Positions 1 to 10,966 of a DNA stretch of 64,000 nt are shown piece by piece. A model generated the notes under the pieces. It made no database searches and was not told where the DNA came from. It saw only the letters and a program-made list of their open reading frames with translations. The number at the start of each line of letters is the position of its first letter. The first letter of the stretch is position 1. This DNA is from Candidatus Xenobia bacterium (GTDB taxonomy: Bacteria > Vulcanimicrobiota > Xenobia > Xenobiales > QWHO01), in contig BTUM01000002.1 of the NCBI GenBank assembly GCA_045863235.1, positions 189,941 to 253,940 on the forward strand, in the 5' to 3' direction. The position numbers and the translations under genes were made by a program.

Positions 1-246
1 CAAGCGGCCCGTGCTGGTCTTGTGGTGGAACTCATCTTGCCAGAAGCGGTCCACCCGCATCCAGTCCATCAGACGACCCATGGCGATCTGGTCGGCCCCG
101 ATGGTTTGAATGTTGTTCTCGGCCCGGCAGGCGATCACGCAGGCTTTGCAGCCTGTGCATCGGTCGGTGTCGATCACCATGCCCCACTGGTAGGTGCCGA
201 CGGTCTGGATGCTCGTTTGCAGGGTATTTTTGGGTTCCTCGGCCAT
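1..246 (-). CDS. 4Fe-4S dicluster subunit of an alternative complex III/Qrc-type complex (ActB2/QrcC-like), partial, runs off the window
   Basis: Manual translation MAEEPKNT...[32 protein letters not shown]...WMRVDRF carries a CxxCxxCxxxC motif. There is a GAGGAG RBS, and it lies directly downstream of the ActB1-like gene. Not in the ORF track. Confidence 0.88.
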   Translation of the reverse strand, partial: MAEEPKNTLQTSIQTVGTYQWGMVIDTDRCTGCKACVIACRAENNIQTIGADQIAMGRLMDWMRVDRFWQDEFHHKTSTGRL

Positions 247-255
247 CGATTCTCC

Positions 256-2394
256 TCAGTGCGGCAGAGTAGCCTTCTCGAGACCCATGATCCGGCGGTC
301 AAAGGTCGCGATGAACTGGCTCTTCTTGGTATTGGTCACGGTCACCTGAGTGGAAGCCCAGGGATTGGCGGGAGTGCCGAGCAAAGCCGACATCGGGTTC
401 ATCGGCTTCACGACGTCGTCGGTATAGCGGCCATAGGCGCCCTCGGCGTGGCCGTTGCCGGCCGGAATCGCGATAGCGTCGACATGCACAGCCTGAGTGG
501 GGAAAGCCGGACCGACCAGCTTGGCGCCCCCCTCACCGGTGATCTCGAGCAGGTCGCCTCGCTTCACCTTCAGGCTCTGGCCCAGCTCCCCGAAGGGGTT
601 GATCTCGATCCAGCTGGCCCAGGCCACCGTGGTGAGAGGGTCAGGCAACTCCTGCATCCAGGGGACGTTTGCCCGCTGGCCATCGCCGAAGTTCACGGAG
701 GAGCTGGCGATCAGCGTGGCTTTGCCCTGGGCCCGCGGATTGGGCTCGCTGAGGGCGCCCGCGGCGGCCGCCTCCAGACGACCCCAGGCGCTGACGCCAG
801 AGGGCACCTCGCCGCCCGGGCTCTTCGCCGGAGACGGAGGCATGGCCACCTCGTGGTGGTAGCGGTCAAAGCTGGTATTGGCTTTGGACCACAGCCCTCC
901 CCGGGCCACGGCGGCGTCAAAACGCGTGCCCAGAACCTGGGCCAGGACGTCACGGAAGGTCAGGGCGCGAGCGGGAATGGGTAGCTTGATTCCGGCCGCC
1001 CGAGCCGAGGTGATGAGCGCATCGCAGACCGAGCGCGTGTCCGAACGCGGCTTCACGACCGGCTGGCTGAGGTTGTAGACCTGACCGAAGGGAGCGTCCA
1101 CCAGGCAGTCGCCCCACTCCTCCATCCAGTTGCGGCTGGGAAGGGTCACGTCGCACAGCGCGGTGGTCTCGTTGGCAAAGCACGAGAAGGCGATCTTGGT
1201 CTTGACGTTCTTGAGCTTTTCGGCAAACTTCAGGCTCGCGGGCAGCATGTAGACAGGGTTGCAGTCGAACACCCAGACGCTGCTCCAGCTCCCCTGGTCG
1301 AAGCCCTCCAGAGCCTCGCGGGTGGACAACACCACGCCCGGATCGGGCTGCATCTCTCCCAGCGTGGGCAAGAGATCGGTCTCGCAGGTGGCGATGGTGC
1401 CCGAAACCAGCTTGCTCAATGAGTGCATGGCGGCCAGGCTGGCTGCATCGAAGGAGTTGTCGGGACCCGCGATGACCAGGGGCTTGCGCGCCCCGGCCAG
1501 ACGCTTGGCCAGCCGCTCGATCAGGTCCTTGGGGCAACCGCTCAGCTCACTGGCCTTCTCAGCGGTGGCATTGGCGTAAATCGATGGCCAACCGGAGCGG
1601 CTGGCCCCGATCAGATTGCCCAAGGCGGCCGCCACCCAGCCTTCGCTCCCCGGTCGCACCGGGAGCCACCGGTCGGCGTTGGAGCAGCTGAGGTTCATGC
1701 GCGAGGAGACGGAAACCATCACCCCGCGGTTGCGATTCAGCCCCTGCCGGAACTGACCGTAGAGGTGGCTGTAGTGGATGGCCAGCGGGCCCTCGACCAG
1801 GAAGTCGCGGCCAAAGTTGACCACGTAGTCGGCCTGGTCGAGCGGGTAGTAAGGCAGCTCGGCCTTACCGGTCAGCGTCTTGATGACGCCCCGCTCGGTC
1901 TCGCTGGAGGGGAATTGAAGCACCCAGACCCGGGCACCGATGGCCTTGGCCACGGCCAGAATCAGCGTGCCGCGCGAGCCCTGGAGACGATCCACGATGA
2001 ACAACCCGCCGTTGCCGCCGGTCAGAGCGGCCTTGAGCGGGTCCTGGGCCACATCCCAGGTGATCGACTTGCCGGCCTGTTGGGGCTGCAACAGGCGGTC
2101 CGGGTGATAGTGCACGGGGATCGCTGTCTGGACCTCGGCCGAGAGCTTGCCCAGGTTGACGGGATGACCCGGCAGGCCTTCCATCTTGATGGCCCGGCCC
2201 TCGACGCACTTGACCGCGATGCCGTCAGGCCCGCGCGAGGTGGCGAAGTAGACCGGCTGGCCCGGGAGCAGATACTCCGGCATCGGGTACTGCGACAGGA
2301 GGCCGTGCTCAACCGGCCGCCCGCACCCCGAGAGGGCCACGCAGGCGCCGGTTACGAAACTGTAGCGGAGAAAATCGCGTCGGGTGAAGTTCAA
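256..2394 (-). CDS. actB: Molybdopterin-oxidoreductase-like subunit ActB1/QrcB (Tat substrate, probable lipoprotein)
   Basis: TRRDFLR Tat motif followed by LSGC lipobox; EGRAIKMEGLPGHPVN and NVPWMQELPDPLTTVAWASWIEINP motifs typical of ActB; TTG start with GGAGG RBS. Confidence 0.85.
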   Translation of the reverse strand: MNFTRRDFLRYSFVTGACVALSGCGRPVEHGLLSQYPMPEYLLPGQPVYFATSRGPDGIAVKCVEGRAIKMEGLPGHPVNLGKLSAEVQTAIPVHYHPDRLLQPQQAGKSITWDVAQDPLKAALTGGNGGLFIVDRLQGSRGTLILAVAKAIGARVWVLQFPSSETERGVIKTLTGKAELPYYPLDQADYVVNFGRDFLVEGPLAIHYSHLYGQFRQGLNRNRGVMVSVSSRMNLSCSNADRWLPVRPGSEGWVAAALGNLIGASRSGWPSIYANATAEKASELSGCPKDLIERLAKRLAGARKPLVIAGPDNSFDAASLAAMHSLSKLVSGTIATCETDLLPTLGEMQPDPGVVLSTREALEGFDQGSWSSVWVFDCNPVYMLPASLKFAEKLKNVKTKIAFSCFANETTALCDVTLPSRNWMEEWGDCLVDAPFGQVYNLSQPVVKPRSDTRSVCDALITSARAAGIKLPIPARALTFRDVLAQVLGTRFDAAVARGGLWSKANTSFDRYHHEVAMPPSPAKSPGGEVPSGVSAWGRLEAAAAGALSEPNPRAQGKATLIASSSVNFGDGQRANVPWMQELPDPLTTVAWASWIEINPFGELGQSLKVKRGDLLEITGEGGAKLVGPAFPTQAVHVDAIAIPAGNGHAEGAYGRYTDDVVKPMNPMSALLGTPANPWASTQVTVTNTKKSQFIATFDRRIMGLEKATLPH

Positions 2395-2406
2395 GTCGGC
2401 CTCCAG

Positions 2407-2994
2407 TTACCGATGGCAGGTGGTGCAGTCGGTGGGAGCGTTGTTCTGGCGATGGCAGGTCACGCACCAACCCATGGTCATCTTGTATTCAAGCTGAATG
2501 GTGGCCTGGTTCTCCACGTTGCCGTGGCACTGGGCGCACTCGATCTTCTGGCCGTTGGCCAGCTTGGCGTTCATGTGAGCCTTGTGGGCAAACTTCACGT
2601 GCTCGGGCATATCGTAGTACTTGAACCACGGAATGGCCTGTTTGCCGTTGATGTACTTCTTCAGCACCTCGACTTCGCTGCGCCACCTGGCGTCCACGTC
2701 GGGCTGACCCTCCGCGGGCTTTTTGTAGGGGTTGTAGTCGGCAAAGTTCTGGTGACAGTTGGCACAGTCTTGCACCGAGGGAACACCGGCCGAATAGCCG
2801 TCCTGGGTGCCACGATGGCAGTAGACGCAAGCGATCTGGCGCTTGCCCGCGTGCAACTGGTGGTTGAAGGCGATGGGCTGAGGCTTGGAGCGCCAGTTGT
2901 ATTCGTTGACGCCAAGCATTAAAAGCGGGATCACGATTATCGCAATCAGTCCGCCGTACTGCAGGCGTTTGACGAGAAGTTCCTCAGGCGCCAT
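2407..2994 (-). CDS. actA: Membrane-anchored pentaheme cytochrome c (ActA/QrcA-like)
   Basis: One N-terminal TM helix; five CxxCH motifs (CVYCH, CANCH, CAQCH, CVTCH, CTTCH); PQPIAFNHQLHAG and MGWCVTCHR motifs. Confidence 0.88.
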   Translation of the reverse strand: MAPEELLVKRLQYGGLIAIIVIPLLMLGVNEYNWRSKPQPIAFNHQLHAGKRQIACVYCHRGTQDGYSAGVPSVQDCANCHQNFADYNPYKKPAEGQPDVDARWRSEVEVLKKYINGKQAIPWFKYYDMPEHVKFAHKAHMNAKLANGQKIECAQCHGNVENQATIQLEYKMTMGWCVTCHRQNNAPTDCTTCHR

Positions 2995-3052
2995 CTGCTC
3001 TCACCCATCTCCGGAAGGCTGCAATCCCCCGTACAGTCCCGGTTTTTCCACT

Positions 3053-3070
3053 TCGTGAAATTTTTCTCTA
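3053..3070. promoter_or_regulatory. Possible Rex-like operator upstream of the act operon
   Basis: TCGTGAA-ATTT-TTCTCTA matches TTGTGAA-N4-TTCACAA at 11 of 14 positions, in an AT-rich promoter region. Confidence 0.3.
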
Positions 3071-3247
3071 AGTCGAGCGTTTCCGAAGGTTGAAAGAAAA
3101 ATCCTGCCGATGGAATGTTAAAAGAGCGTGAATCAGGGATTTCCCCGACCCGAAAGAGACTTGCGGGGCCAGGCTCTGCTTGAGAATTCTTCTTGCTTCA
3201 GGCTCGGCTCAGGATCAGCGGCCGCGCAAAGTCTGAAGGTGGGTGCC

Positions 3248-4615
3248 TCAGAGGTTGAGAGTTCTTCCCTCGACCGCCAGCGCCGCTTCCTTCACGACCT
3301 CGGCCAGGGTGGGATGGGCGTGACAGACCCGGGCCAGGTCTTCCGAGGTAGCCCCGAACTCCATGGCGGCGGTGACCTCGGCGATCAGCTCGCCGGCCCG
3401 CGGGCCCAGGATGTGGGCCCCCAGCAGGCGATCGGTCAGGCTGTGGGCCAGCAGCTTGGCTTCTCCCTCCGTAGTACCCAGAGCGCGGGCTCTGCCATTG
3501 GCCATGAATGGGAAGCGACCGACCTTGAAGGGGACCCCCTCGGCCTCCAGCTCCTCCTGCGTCTTGCCCACCCAGGCCAGCTCGGGCTCGATGTAGACCA
3601 CCCCTGGAATGGCGTTATAGCTCACGTGTCCGTAGCCGGTGACGAGCCGCTCGACGCAGGCCACGGCCTCCTCCTCGGCTTTGTGGGCCAGCATGGGGCC
3701 GCCAATCACATCACCGACCGCGTAGATGCCGGGGGCGGTCGTCTGCCAGTTGGAATCGACCGTGATGAAGCCGCGCCGGTCGGTGGACACTCCGGCGGCC
3801 TCCAGCCCCAACCCTTCGGTGTTGGGGCGACGGCCCACGGCCAGCAAGACCCGGTCGCAGCGGATCGGCATGGTCCCCTCGGCCTCCACGACCGCTCCCT
3901 TGCCCTCGGCCCGAGCCCCCGTCACGCGCACGCCGAGGTGGAACTCGAGGCCCTGCTTCTCGAGCAGGCGCTGGGCTTTGACAGCCAGGTCGGCGTCGGC
4001 CCCCGGCAGGATGCGTTCGAGATACTCCAGCACCGTCACGCGCGAGCCCAGCCGGGCCCAAACCGAGCCAAGCTCCAGGCCGATCACGCCGGCTCCGATC
4101 ACCACCAGGTGACCGGGCGGCTCGGGATACTCCAGAGCCTCGGTGCTGGTGCCGATCGGGCCGCCCAGCTCGACGCCTTTGAGCGGCGAGGAGAGGCTGC
4201 CGGTGGCCAGCAGCACGGTGTCGGCGGCCAGCTCCTCCTCCCCCACCCGCACGCGGCCGGGACCGGCCAGGCTGCCGCGACCGAGCTTGCGCTCGATCTT
4301 GTGCTTCTTGAAGAGGGCTTCCACGCCTCCAGCCAGCGTGTCCACGATTTTGCGCTTGCGGGCCATCATCGTCTCGAGGTCGAGCTCCACCCCGGAGAGC
4401 CTGAGACCGTGCAGGGCCATCTCGCCCTGAGCCCGGGCAAAGAGCTCGCTCGACTCGAGCAAAGCCTTGCTGGGAATGCAGCCGACCCGAAGGCAGGTTC
4501 CGCCCAGCTTCTTCTCCTGCTCGACGACGGCCACCTTGAGCCCGAGCTGAGCGGCGCGGATGGCGCCGATGTATCCGCCGGGGCCCGCCCCGATAACGAC
4601 CAGGTCGTAGCTCAT
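3248..4615 (-). CDS. lpdA: Dihydrolipoyl dehydrogenase (E3)
   Basis: GAGPGGY FAD motif, [13 protein letters not shown] redox disulfide, HAHPTLAE. Confidence 0.96.
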   Translation of the reverse strand: MSYDLVVIGAGPGGYIGAIRAAQLGLKVAVVEQEKKLGGTCLRVGCIPSKALLESSELFARAQGEMALHGLRLSGVELDLETMMARKRKIVDTLAGGVEALFKKHKIERKLGRGSLAGPGRVRVGEEELAADTVLLATGSLSSPLKGVELGGPIGTSTEALEYPEPPGHLVVIGAGVIGLELGSVWARLGSRVTVLEYLERILPGADADLAVKAQRLLEKQGLEFHLGVRVTGARAEGKGAVVEAEGTMPIRCDRVLLAVGRRPNTEGLGLEAAGVSTDRRGFITVDSNWQTTAPGIYAVGDVIGGPMLAHKAEEEAVACVERLVTGYGHVSYNAIPGVVYIEPELAWVGKTQEELEAEGVPFKVGRFPFMANGRARALGTTEGEAKLLAHSLTDRLLGAHILGPRAGELIAEVTAAMEFGATSEDLARVCHAHPTLAEVVKEAALAVEGRTLNL

Positions 4616-5772
4616 ACCTCGATCAAGAGGCGCGCCGGCTCTTCCAGGCAGTCCTTGATGCGGATCAGGAACGAGACCGCTTCGCGCCCATCCACCAGCC
4701 GGTGGTCATAGGTCAGCGCCAGATACATCATGGGGCGCACCACCACCTGACCCTGGAGGGCGATGGGACGCTCCTGGATCTTGTGCATACCCAGCACGCC
4801 GCTCTGGGGCGGGTTGACGATGGGAGTGGAAAGGAGCGAGCCGTAGACCCCGCCGTTGGAAATGGTGAACGTCCCGCCCTGCAGCTCCTCGAGCTTGAGC
4901 TTGCCCTCCCTGGCGCGAACTGCAAAATCGGCGATGCTCTGCTCGACCTGAGCAAAGCTGAGTTGCTCGGCGTTGCGCAGCACCGGCACCACCAGCCCCT
5001 TGCCCCCGCCCACGGCCACGCCGATGTCGTAATAGTTGCGATAGACGATATCCGTCCCGCGGATCTCGGCGTTGATGGCCGGGAAGGCCTTGAGAGCCTC
5101 GATGCTGGCTTTGACGAAGAAGGACATGAAGCCAAGCTTGATGCCGTACTTGCGGGTAAAGGCCTCCTGGTGGCGCGAGCGCAGATCCATCACGGCGCTC
5201 ATATCCACCTCGTTGAACGTGGTCAGCAGGGCGGCCGTCTGCTGGGCCTCTACCAGTCGGGCCGCCACGGTCTTGCGCAGCGGGGTCATGGGGACGGACT
5301 CTTCCTGGCGCGGGCCAGTCGCAAGAGCCGGGGGTGCGGCCTGAGCTTTCGAAGGCGGAGGTGTTGCGGGAGTCGCCGCGGCGCGCTGGACATCTTCCTT
5401 CAAGACGCGCCCGCCCGGGCCGGTGGCCTGCACCTGCTCTGCCCTCAAGCCGCTCTCGGCCAGGGCTCGCTGGGCGGCCGGCATGACCCGAGGCTCCTCC
5501 ACCGTCTTCTCGGCCTTCTGGGCCGGCTTGTGGGCGCTCTCGTCCACCAGGCCGAGCACCTCGCCGATGCTGGCCGTGTCACCTGGCTTCTTCAACACCT
5601 GCACCACGCGCCCGGCTACCGGGGCAAAGACCTCCATGTTGGCCTTGTCGGTCTCGAGCACCACGATGGCCTCGTCGCGCTCGACCCAGGCCCCCTCGCT
5701 CTTGAGCCACTGGCCCACGACCACGTGGCTGACCGACTCGCCCACCGCCGGAACAATCAATTCGACGCTCAT
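4612..5772 (-). CDS. sucB: 2-oxoglutarate dehydrogenase E2, dihydrolipoamide succinyltransferase
   Basis: Lipoyl ETDKA motif, E3-binding domain ([12 protein letters not shown]), catalytic DHRLVDG. Confidence 0.96.
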   Translation of the reverse strand: MSVELIVPAVGESVSHVVVGQWLKSEGAWVERDEAIVVLETDKANMEVFAPVAGRVVQVLKKPGDTASIGEVLGLVDESAHKPAQKAEKTVEEPRVMPAAQRALAESGLRAEQVQATGPGGRVLKEDVQRAAATPATPPPSKAQAAPPALATGPRQEESVPMTPLRKTVAARLVEAQQTAALLTTFNEVDMSAVMDLRSRHQEAFTRKYGIKLGFMSFFVKASIEALKAFPAINAEIRGTDIVYRNYYDIGVAVGGGKGLVVPVLRNAEQLSFAQVEQSIADFAVRAREGKLKLEELQGGTFTISNGGVYGSLLSTPIVNPPQSGVLGMHKIQERPIALQGQVVVRPMMYLALTYDHRLVDGREAVSFLIRIKDCLEEPARLLIEV

Positions 5773-5812
5773 GAATCGTCCTGTGCGAGGCGCGCCGCCC
5801 GGTTCCTTCCGG

Positions 5813-8578
5813 TCAGGTGAGCGCCATGGTGAAGGCCTGCTCGATCAGCCATTCCTGCTCGATGCGGTGGCTTTCGTGCGAGCCCGTGGCCGGGCTGGCC
5901 GACTCGGGCCGCGACAGGGTGTGGAACGAGTGTCCCACGACTTTGTCGGCGGCGCGCACCTTCAAGAAAGTAGCCGCGCCCATGTTCTCGGGCTCTTCCT
6001 GGACCCACAACACCGGGGCGGTGCGGGGATAGCCGGCCAGAGCCTGGCGCAGCGGGCCCTCAGGGAACGGATAGTACTGCTCGAGGCGCAGGATGGCGAC
6101 GTCATTCGCCCCCCGGGCCTTGCGAGCGTGCTCGAGCTCATAGTAGAGCTTGCCCGAGCAGAGCAAGATGCGATTAACGGTCTCCGGGTCCACTTTGCTG
6201 CGGTCGGGCATCACCCTCTGGAAGGTGCCCGAAGTCAGCTCTTCCAGGCTCGAGCTACATTCGCTATGGCGCAGCAGGCTCTTGGGTGACATGACGACCA
6301 GAGGCTTGCGCCAGGGTCGCAGCACCTGGCGGCGCAGGCAGTGGAAGTACTGAGCCGGTGTGGTCAGGTTGACGACCTGGATGTTGTCCTCGGCCGCCAG
6401 GGTCAAGAAGCGCTCGAGCCGGGCGCTGGAGTGCTCGGGCCCCTGGCCTTCGAAGCCGTGAGGAAGCAGCATGACCAGACCGTTGAGACGATGCCACTTG
6501 TCCTCGGAGCTGACCAGGAACTGGTCGATGATGACCTGGGCCACATTGCAGAAATCCCCGAACTGAGCCTCCCACAGCACGAGCGCTTCAGGATCGTCGA
6601 GGCAAACGCCGTACTCGAAGGCCAGCACCGCCGTCTCGGTGAGGGGGCTGTCCCAGACCTGAAAGCGGGCCTGATCAGGCGCCAGGTGCTGCAGGGGAAC
6701 GTAAGGCTCGCCTGTGCGGGCGTCATAGAGGATGGCGTGGCGATGACTGAAGGTGCCCCGCCCCACGTCCTGGCCGCTGAGGCGCACGGGAGCCCCTTCG
6801 GTGAGCAGGGTGGCGAAAGCCAGGGCCTCAGCCGTCCCCCAGTCCAGAGGCCTCTTGCCCTCGGCCATCTCCAGGCGGCTGTGCACCAGTAGCTTGGGGA
6901 TCTTCTCGTGGGGCGTGAAGCTCGCAGGCAGCTCCACCATCTTGCCAAGCAGCGCTTGCAGGCGCTCTCTGGGAACGGATGTGGGCACCTCGGGCACTGC
7001 CGCGTCGGGCCCGCCGCGATAGTGCGACCAGGCCCCCCGGGCCAGGTGGAACTGGTAGTCGAAGTTCGGGTCGCGCGACTTGTTGAGCTCGGCCTCCAGG
7101 TGCTCGAGCCGGCGCACCGCGATCTCGTCAGCTTCTTCGCGGGTGACCTCGCCGAGCTTGAGCAAGCTCTCGAGATAGCCCTCGCGCACCGACTTTCGCT
7201 GGCGCACGTTCTGGTAGAGCAGGGGCTGGGTGAAGGTTGGATCGTCTCCTTCGTTGTGGCCGTGTCGCCGATAACAGTACATGTCGATGACCACGTCCTT
7301 GTGGAAGCGCTCGCGGAAGTCCATGGCCAGGTGGATGGCCTGAGCCACTGCCTCGGGATGCTCGCCGTTCACGTGCAGAATCGGGATCTGCAGCATCTTG
7401 GCCACGTCGGAAGGGTAGGTCGAGCTGCGCGACTGGCCGGGCGAGGTGGTGAAGCCGATCTGGTTGTTGACGATGACGTGCAGCGTGCCCCCGACCCGGT
7501 AGCCAGGTATCTCGCTCATGTTGAGCTGCTCCTGCACCACCCCCTGGCCGGCAAAAGCGGCATCGCCGTGAATGACCAGCCCCATCACCTTGAAGCGATC
7601 CGAGCGGCGATCCTGACGAGCGCGCACGCGACCGAGCACGACCGGACCGACGAACTCGAGGTGGCTGGGGTTGAAGCACAGCTCCAGGCGGAGCTTCTTG
7701 CCCTCTGAGGTGGTCCAGGTGCTGGCGTAGCCCTGGTGATACTTGACATCGCCCCGTCCGAAGTGGATGCCCGGATCCTTGTCCACGAACTCGCGGAAGA
7801 TCTGGCCGGCGTCCTTTTGCATGATGTTGGCCAGCACGTTGATGCGACCTCGGTGGGCCATCCCGATGACCACCTCGTCGACTCCATGGTTGCCGGCGTC
7901 CTCGAGCATCAGGTCGAGCAGGGGGATGAGCGACTCGCCGCCCTCCAGGCTGAAGCGCTTGGCCCCCACGAACTTCTTTTGCAGAAAGCTTTCAAAGAGC
8001 TCTGCGTCGGTGAGGCGGGTGAGAATGCGCAGCTGCTCCTCGCGCGGGATGACCCGCCGATTCTCGCTCGACTCCATGCGCTCTTGCAGCCAGAACTTCA
8101 CGGTCGGGTCGTCGATGTGCATGAACTGCACCCCGATCGAGCGACAATAGGTGTTGTGCAGGCGCGAGAGGATCTCGTGGAGCGGGTGCAGTCCCTCGAA
8201 GCCCAGCGCCTTGCAGGCAAAACGCACGTTCAGGTCGGCCTCGGAAAGGCCGTAGTGCTCGAGCTGCAGCTCCGGGAAGGGCTCTGGCTCGCCGCCCAGA
8301 GGATCGAGCTGGGCGATGCGATGGCCGCGCACTCGGAAAGCGCGAATCAGCTGGTCCACCATCTCCTGCTTGACGCAGTCTGCAACTCCGCCGGCAGCCC
8401 CGTTGGAGGGAGGAGCGTGAAAGATGCTGGCGGGCCGGAAGCTGGGGCCCACTCGAGCTCCGTTCACGGTGCGCGCGAAGTACTCGCGCCACTCGGGCTC
8501 GACGGTACCCGGGTCGGCCAGGTAGCGCTCGAGTTGCTCTTCCACGAAGGCCAGATTGGAGGGATTCAGCTCGCTCAT
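5813..8578 (-). CDS. sucA: 2-oxoglutarate dehydrogenase E1
   Basis: [36 protein letters not shown] (TPP binding) and [15 protein letters not shown] motifs. Confidence 0.97.
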   Translation of the reverse strand: MSELNPSNLAFVEEQLERYLADPGTVEPEWREYFARTVNGARVGPSFRPASIFHAPPSNGAAGGVADCVKQEMVDQLIRAFRVRGHRIAQLDPLGGEPEPFPELQLEHYGLSEADLNVRFACKALGFEGLHPLHEILSRLHNTYCRSIGVQFMHIDDPTVKFWLQERMESSENRRVIPREEQLRILTRLTDAELFESFLQKKFVGAKRFSLEGGESLIPLLDLMLEDAGNHGVDEVVIGMAHRGRINVLANIMQKDAGQIFREFVDKDPGIHFGRGDVKYHQGYASTWTTSEGKKLRLELCFNPSHLEFVGPVVLGRVRARQDRRSDRFKVMGLVIHGDAAFAGQGVVQEQLNMSEIPGYRVGGTLHVIVNNQIGFTTSPGQSRSSTYPSDVAKMLQIPILHVNGEHPEAVAQAIHLAMDFRERFHKDVVIDMYCYRRHGHNEGDDPTFTQPLLYQNVRQRKSVREGYLESLLKLGEVTREEADEIAVRRLEHLEAELNKSRDPNFDYQFHLARGAWSHYRGGPDAAVPEVPTSVPRERLQALLGKMVELPASFTPHEKIPKLLVHSRLEMAEGKRPLDWGTAEALAFATLLTEGAPVRLSGQDVGRGTFSHRHAILYDARTGEPYVPLQHLAPDQARFQVWDSPLTETAVLAFEYGVCLDDPEALVLWEAQFGDFCNVAQVIIDQFLVSSEDKWHRLNGLVMLLPHGFEGQGPEHSSARLERFLTLAAEDNIQVVNLTTPAQYFHCLRRQVLRPWRKPLVVMSPKSLLRHSECSSSLEELTSGTFQRVMPDRSKVDPETVNRILLCSGKLYYELEHARKARGANDVAILRLEQYYPFPEGPLRQALAGYPRTAPVLWVQEEPENMGAATFLKVRAADKVVGHSFHTLSRPESASPATGSHESHRIEQEWLIEQAFTMALT

Positions 8579-8685
8579 CCTCAGGACTTATCGGCGAAGG
8601 CCCGTTCTCCTCCGGGACAAACGTCCTGCTGCCTGGTGTCCGAGAGGGGGAGCAAGGAAGATCGCGAACAGCCTGGCCGTCCACG

Positions 8686-9378
8686 ATGCCCAGTCTGCCA
8701 GTGCCCATCCCTCGTCCAACACGCCAGTGGCCCTACGCTACGCTTCTCTTCGCTTTGTTGTTCCTGACCCTGGGAAGAGCCCTGATGCCAGCCGAGCTCG
8801 CTTACGACTCGACCCTGCGCCGGGTTGCGCTGATCGTGACCCTGGCTGCTTGCGTCTGGGCGATCAGTCCCGACCGCCGCCATCTCCTCATGGCTGGTCT
8901 GCTCTCCCTGGCCCCCATCTCGGCGCAGTTTTTCCCCAGCAACTGGAGTCAGGGACAACTCTGGATCAGCGGAGCTTTCTTTCTCTATGTCACGCTCTTG
9001 ATCTTGAGCAACGTCTTCTCGGCTTCTGAGATCAATGCCGACAAGATCTTTGGGGCAACCTGCGCCTATCTGCTGGTGGGCCTGGTCTTCGCCCACATCT
9101 ATCTGCTCATCGAGCTGACGCATCCGGGAACGTTCAAGCTCGACCCACAGATCAAAGACCCCCTCACGATTTTTGACGACCTGCTCTACTTCAGCATGGT
9201 CACCATGACCACGGTGGGTTATGGGGACATCGTCCCTTTGACCCGACCCGCCCGCTCGCTGGCCACCATGGAAGCTGTCTTCGGCCAGTTTTATATCGCC
9301 GTGCTGGTGGGTCGACTTCTGGGCCTGTACATGGAGTTCCACGGCATCACCTCCGGTCGCTCGGACCGGTCCAACTGA
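8686..9378 (+). CDS. Potassium channel family protein
   Basis: Multiple TM helices; pore loop YFSMVTMTTVGYGDIVP. Confidence 0.9.
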   Translation: MPSLPVPIPRPTRQWPYATLLFALLFLTLGRALMPAELAYDSTLRRVALIVTLAACVWAISPDRRHLLMAGLLSLAPISAQFFPSNWSQGQLWISGAFFLYVTLLILSNVFSASEINADKIFGATCAYLLVGLVFAHIYLLIELTHPGTFKLDPQIKDPLTIFDDLLYFSMVTMTTVGYGDIVPLTRPARSLATMEAVFGQFYIAVLVGRLLGLYMEFHGITSGRSDRSN

Positions 9379-9391
9379 AGGGAGCTACAAA

Positions 9392-10915
9392 GTGCGTCAC
9401 CTCCTGGTCCTCTTCGGCATTCTGGTCTGCGCTGCAGCGGCCCAGAACTTCCACGACCCGAGGGTCTATCCCGAGTGGCCCACCACGCCCCCGCCCACCA
9501 TAGCGCCGGGCGCGACGGCGCCCGACCCGGCCCGGATGGAAGGCCTGAAGAAGAGCTTCCCTTCCTACCAGGGCTGGAGCGTGGTGGTCTTCCCCTTCGC
9601 CCGGCTCAAGGCGGCCCGTGGCTATCCTCGCATGCTGCTCTCGCTCGGGCCGGCCGGGTTCACCCAGGTCGACCCGGTCAACCATCCCGAGCAGGTGGAT
9701 ACCTCTCAGGCCTACATCACCTTCTTCGACCAGGCCGGCCAGGTCTCGCTGGTGGGACAGGCCCAGGCAGGCAAGCGCATCACCGACCTGCATCCCGGTT
9801 GGAACCTGCTGGCGGTGCCCTCCAGCACACCCGTGGCGGTAGAGCACATCACCGTGACCGCTCCCGGTGGTCTCACCCGCACTCCGGGCGAGGCCGCCAG
9901 CGATTCCTGTCAGCCCGGCAACGCCTGGCTCTATGCCCTGGGGCTGGCCCGAGGAGCCGAAGGTCGGGTCAACATCGACCTTCGCCAGCCCCGCAGCCCG
10001 CTGGTGAAGCCCGGCACGGCCGCCCTCATCTACAGCTGGGGCGAGCTCGAGCTCAACTGGAACCTGGTGCCCCCCGCCACTGTGCCCAGGATCGCAGGCC
10101 TGTCCTCCAGCTCGCTGACCCCGGGACAGGTTCTCCAGGTCAAAGGAAGCGGTTTTGGCCAGCCGGGGCACGGAACGCTGACGCTGGGAGGACTGCCCGT
10201 GCCCCCCGACTCGGTGGTGGAGTGGAAGAGCGACCAGATTCGCTTCAAGGTTCCAGAGGGCGCCCGCAGCGGCAATCTGATGGTCATGGTCGATCGCTAT
10301 CCCAGCAATCGAGTCGCCGTGACGGTCGCCCCGGGAGCCGGCCAGGCCACCAGCACGCTCACCGGACGGGTGGAGAGCTCCGATCGACAGCCTCTTGGCG
10401 GCGCCCAGGTCCAGCTCGACAGCGGCTATCAGGCGACCACCTCGGCAGACGGCAGCTTTCAGGTCCAGGGCCTGCCTCCCGGCCCTCACGACGTCTTTGT
10501 CTCCAAAGTAGGCTACCGCTCCGGTAAGGGCAGCGTGCGGATGGCTCCGGGAGAGAGCCGCAACCTGCTCGTGTCGCTCTCGCCAGCCGGCGGCCAGGCG
10601 GTGCGCGCCGAGAAGAAGGCCAACTTCACGGTGCGGGGCTATCCCTACGACCTCGAGGGCGAGGGCGTGGACGGCCGCCACTACTGGGTCTACAAGATGG
10701 AGGTCTGGGAATACGGCACCAATGGCCGCAACTGGTCCCGCACCTGGGATACCGACGTGGGGAACTCTTACAACGAGCTGACCTGCGACGGGGCGCTGGT
10801 GGGCCGCTACTACTGCATGCGACTTTACTGGAAGAGCGGGCGTCGGGACCGGACCGCCCTGTGGACTCCCCAGTTGGACAATCCCGACCAGGTCTTCTAC
10901 TACTACCATCCCTGA
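9392..10915 (+). CDS. Secreted multidomain protein with IPT/TIG-like and carboxypeptidase-regulatory-like Ig domains
   Basis: Signal peptide ending AAAA-Q; PGQVLQVKGSGFG...WKSDQIRFKVP (IPT-like); LTGRV...ATTSADGSFQVQGLPPGPHDVFVSKVGY (CarboxypepD_reg-like). Confidence 0.7.
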   Translation: MRHLLVLFGILVCAAAAQNFHDPRVYPEWPTTPPPTIAPGATAPDPARMEGLKKSFPSYQGWSVVVFPFARLKAARGYPRMLLSLGPAGFTQVDPVNHPEQVDTSQAYITFFDQAGQVSLVGQAQAGKRITDLHPGWNLLAVPSSTPVAVEHITVTAPGGLTRTPGEAASDSCQPGNAWLYALGLARGAEGRVNIDLRQPRSPLVKPGTAALIYSWGELELNWNLVPPATVPRIAGLSSSSLTPGQVLQVKGSGFGQPGHGTLTLGGLPVPPDSVVEWKSDQIRFKVPEGARSGNLMVMVDRYPSNRVAVTVAPGAGQATSTLTGRVESSDRQPLGGAQVQLDSGYQATTSADGSFQVQGLPPGPHDVFVSKVGYRSGKGSVRMAPGESRNLLVSLSPAGGQAVRAEKKANFTVRGYPYDLEGEGVDGRHYWVYKMEVWEYGTNGRNWSRTWDTDVGNSYNELTCDGALVGRYYCMRLYWKSGRRDRTALWTPQLDNPDQVFYYYHP

Positions 10916-10966
10916 GGGCTCCCGGGAGGAACCCGGGCCAGGCAGGCAGTAAATCCGGCTCCAGCA

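Noticed and set aside
3128..8767. Long plus-strand ORFs opposite lpdA, sucB and sucA, and similar ones elsewhere such as 9347-11737 and 37955-40366
   Set aside because: These are typical high-GC antisense shadow ORFs with no recognisable motifs
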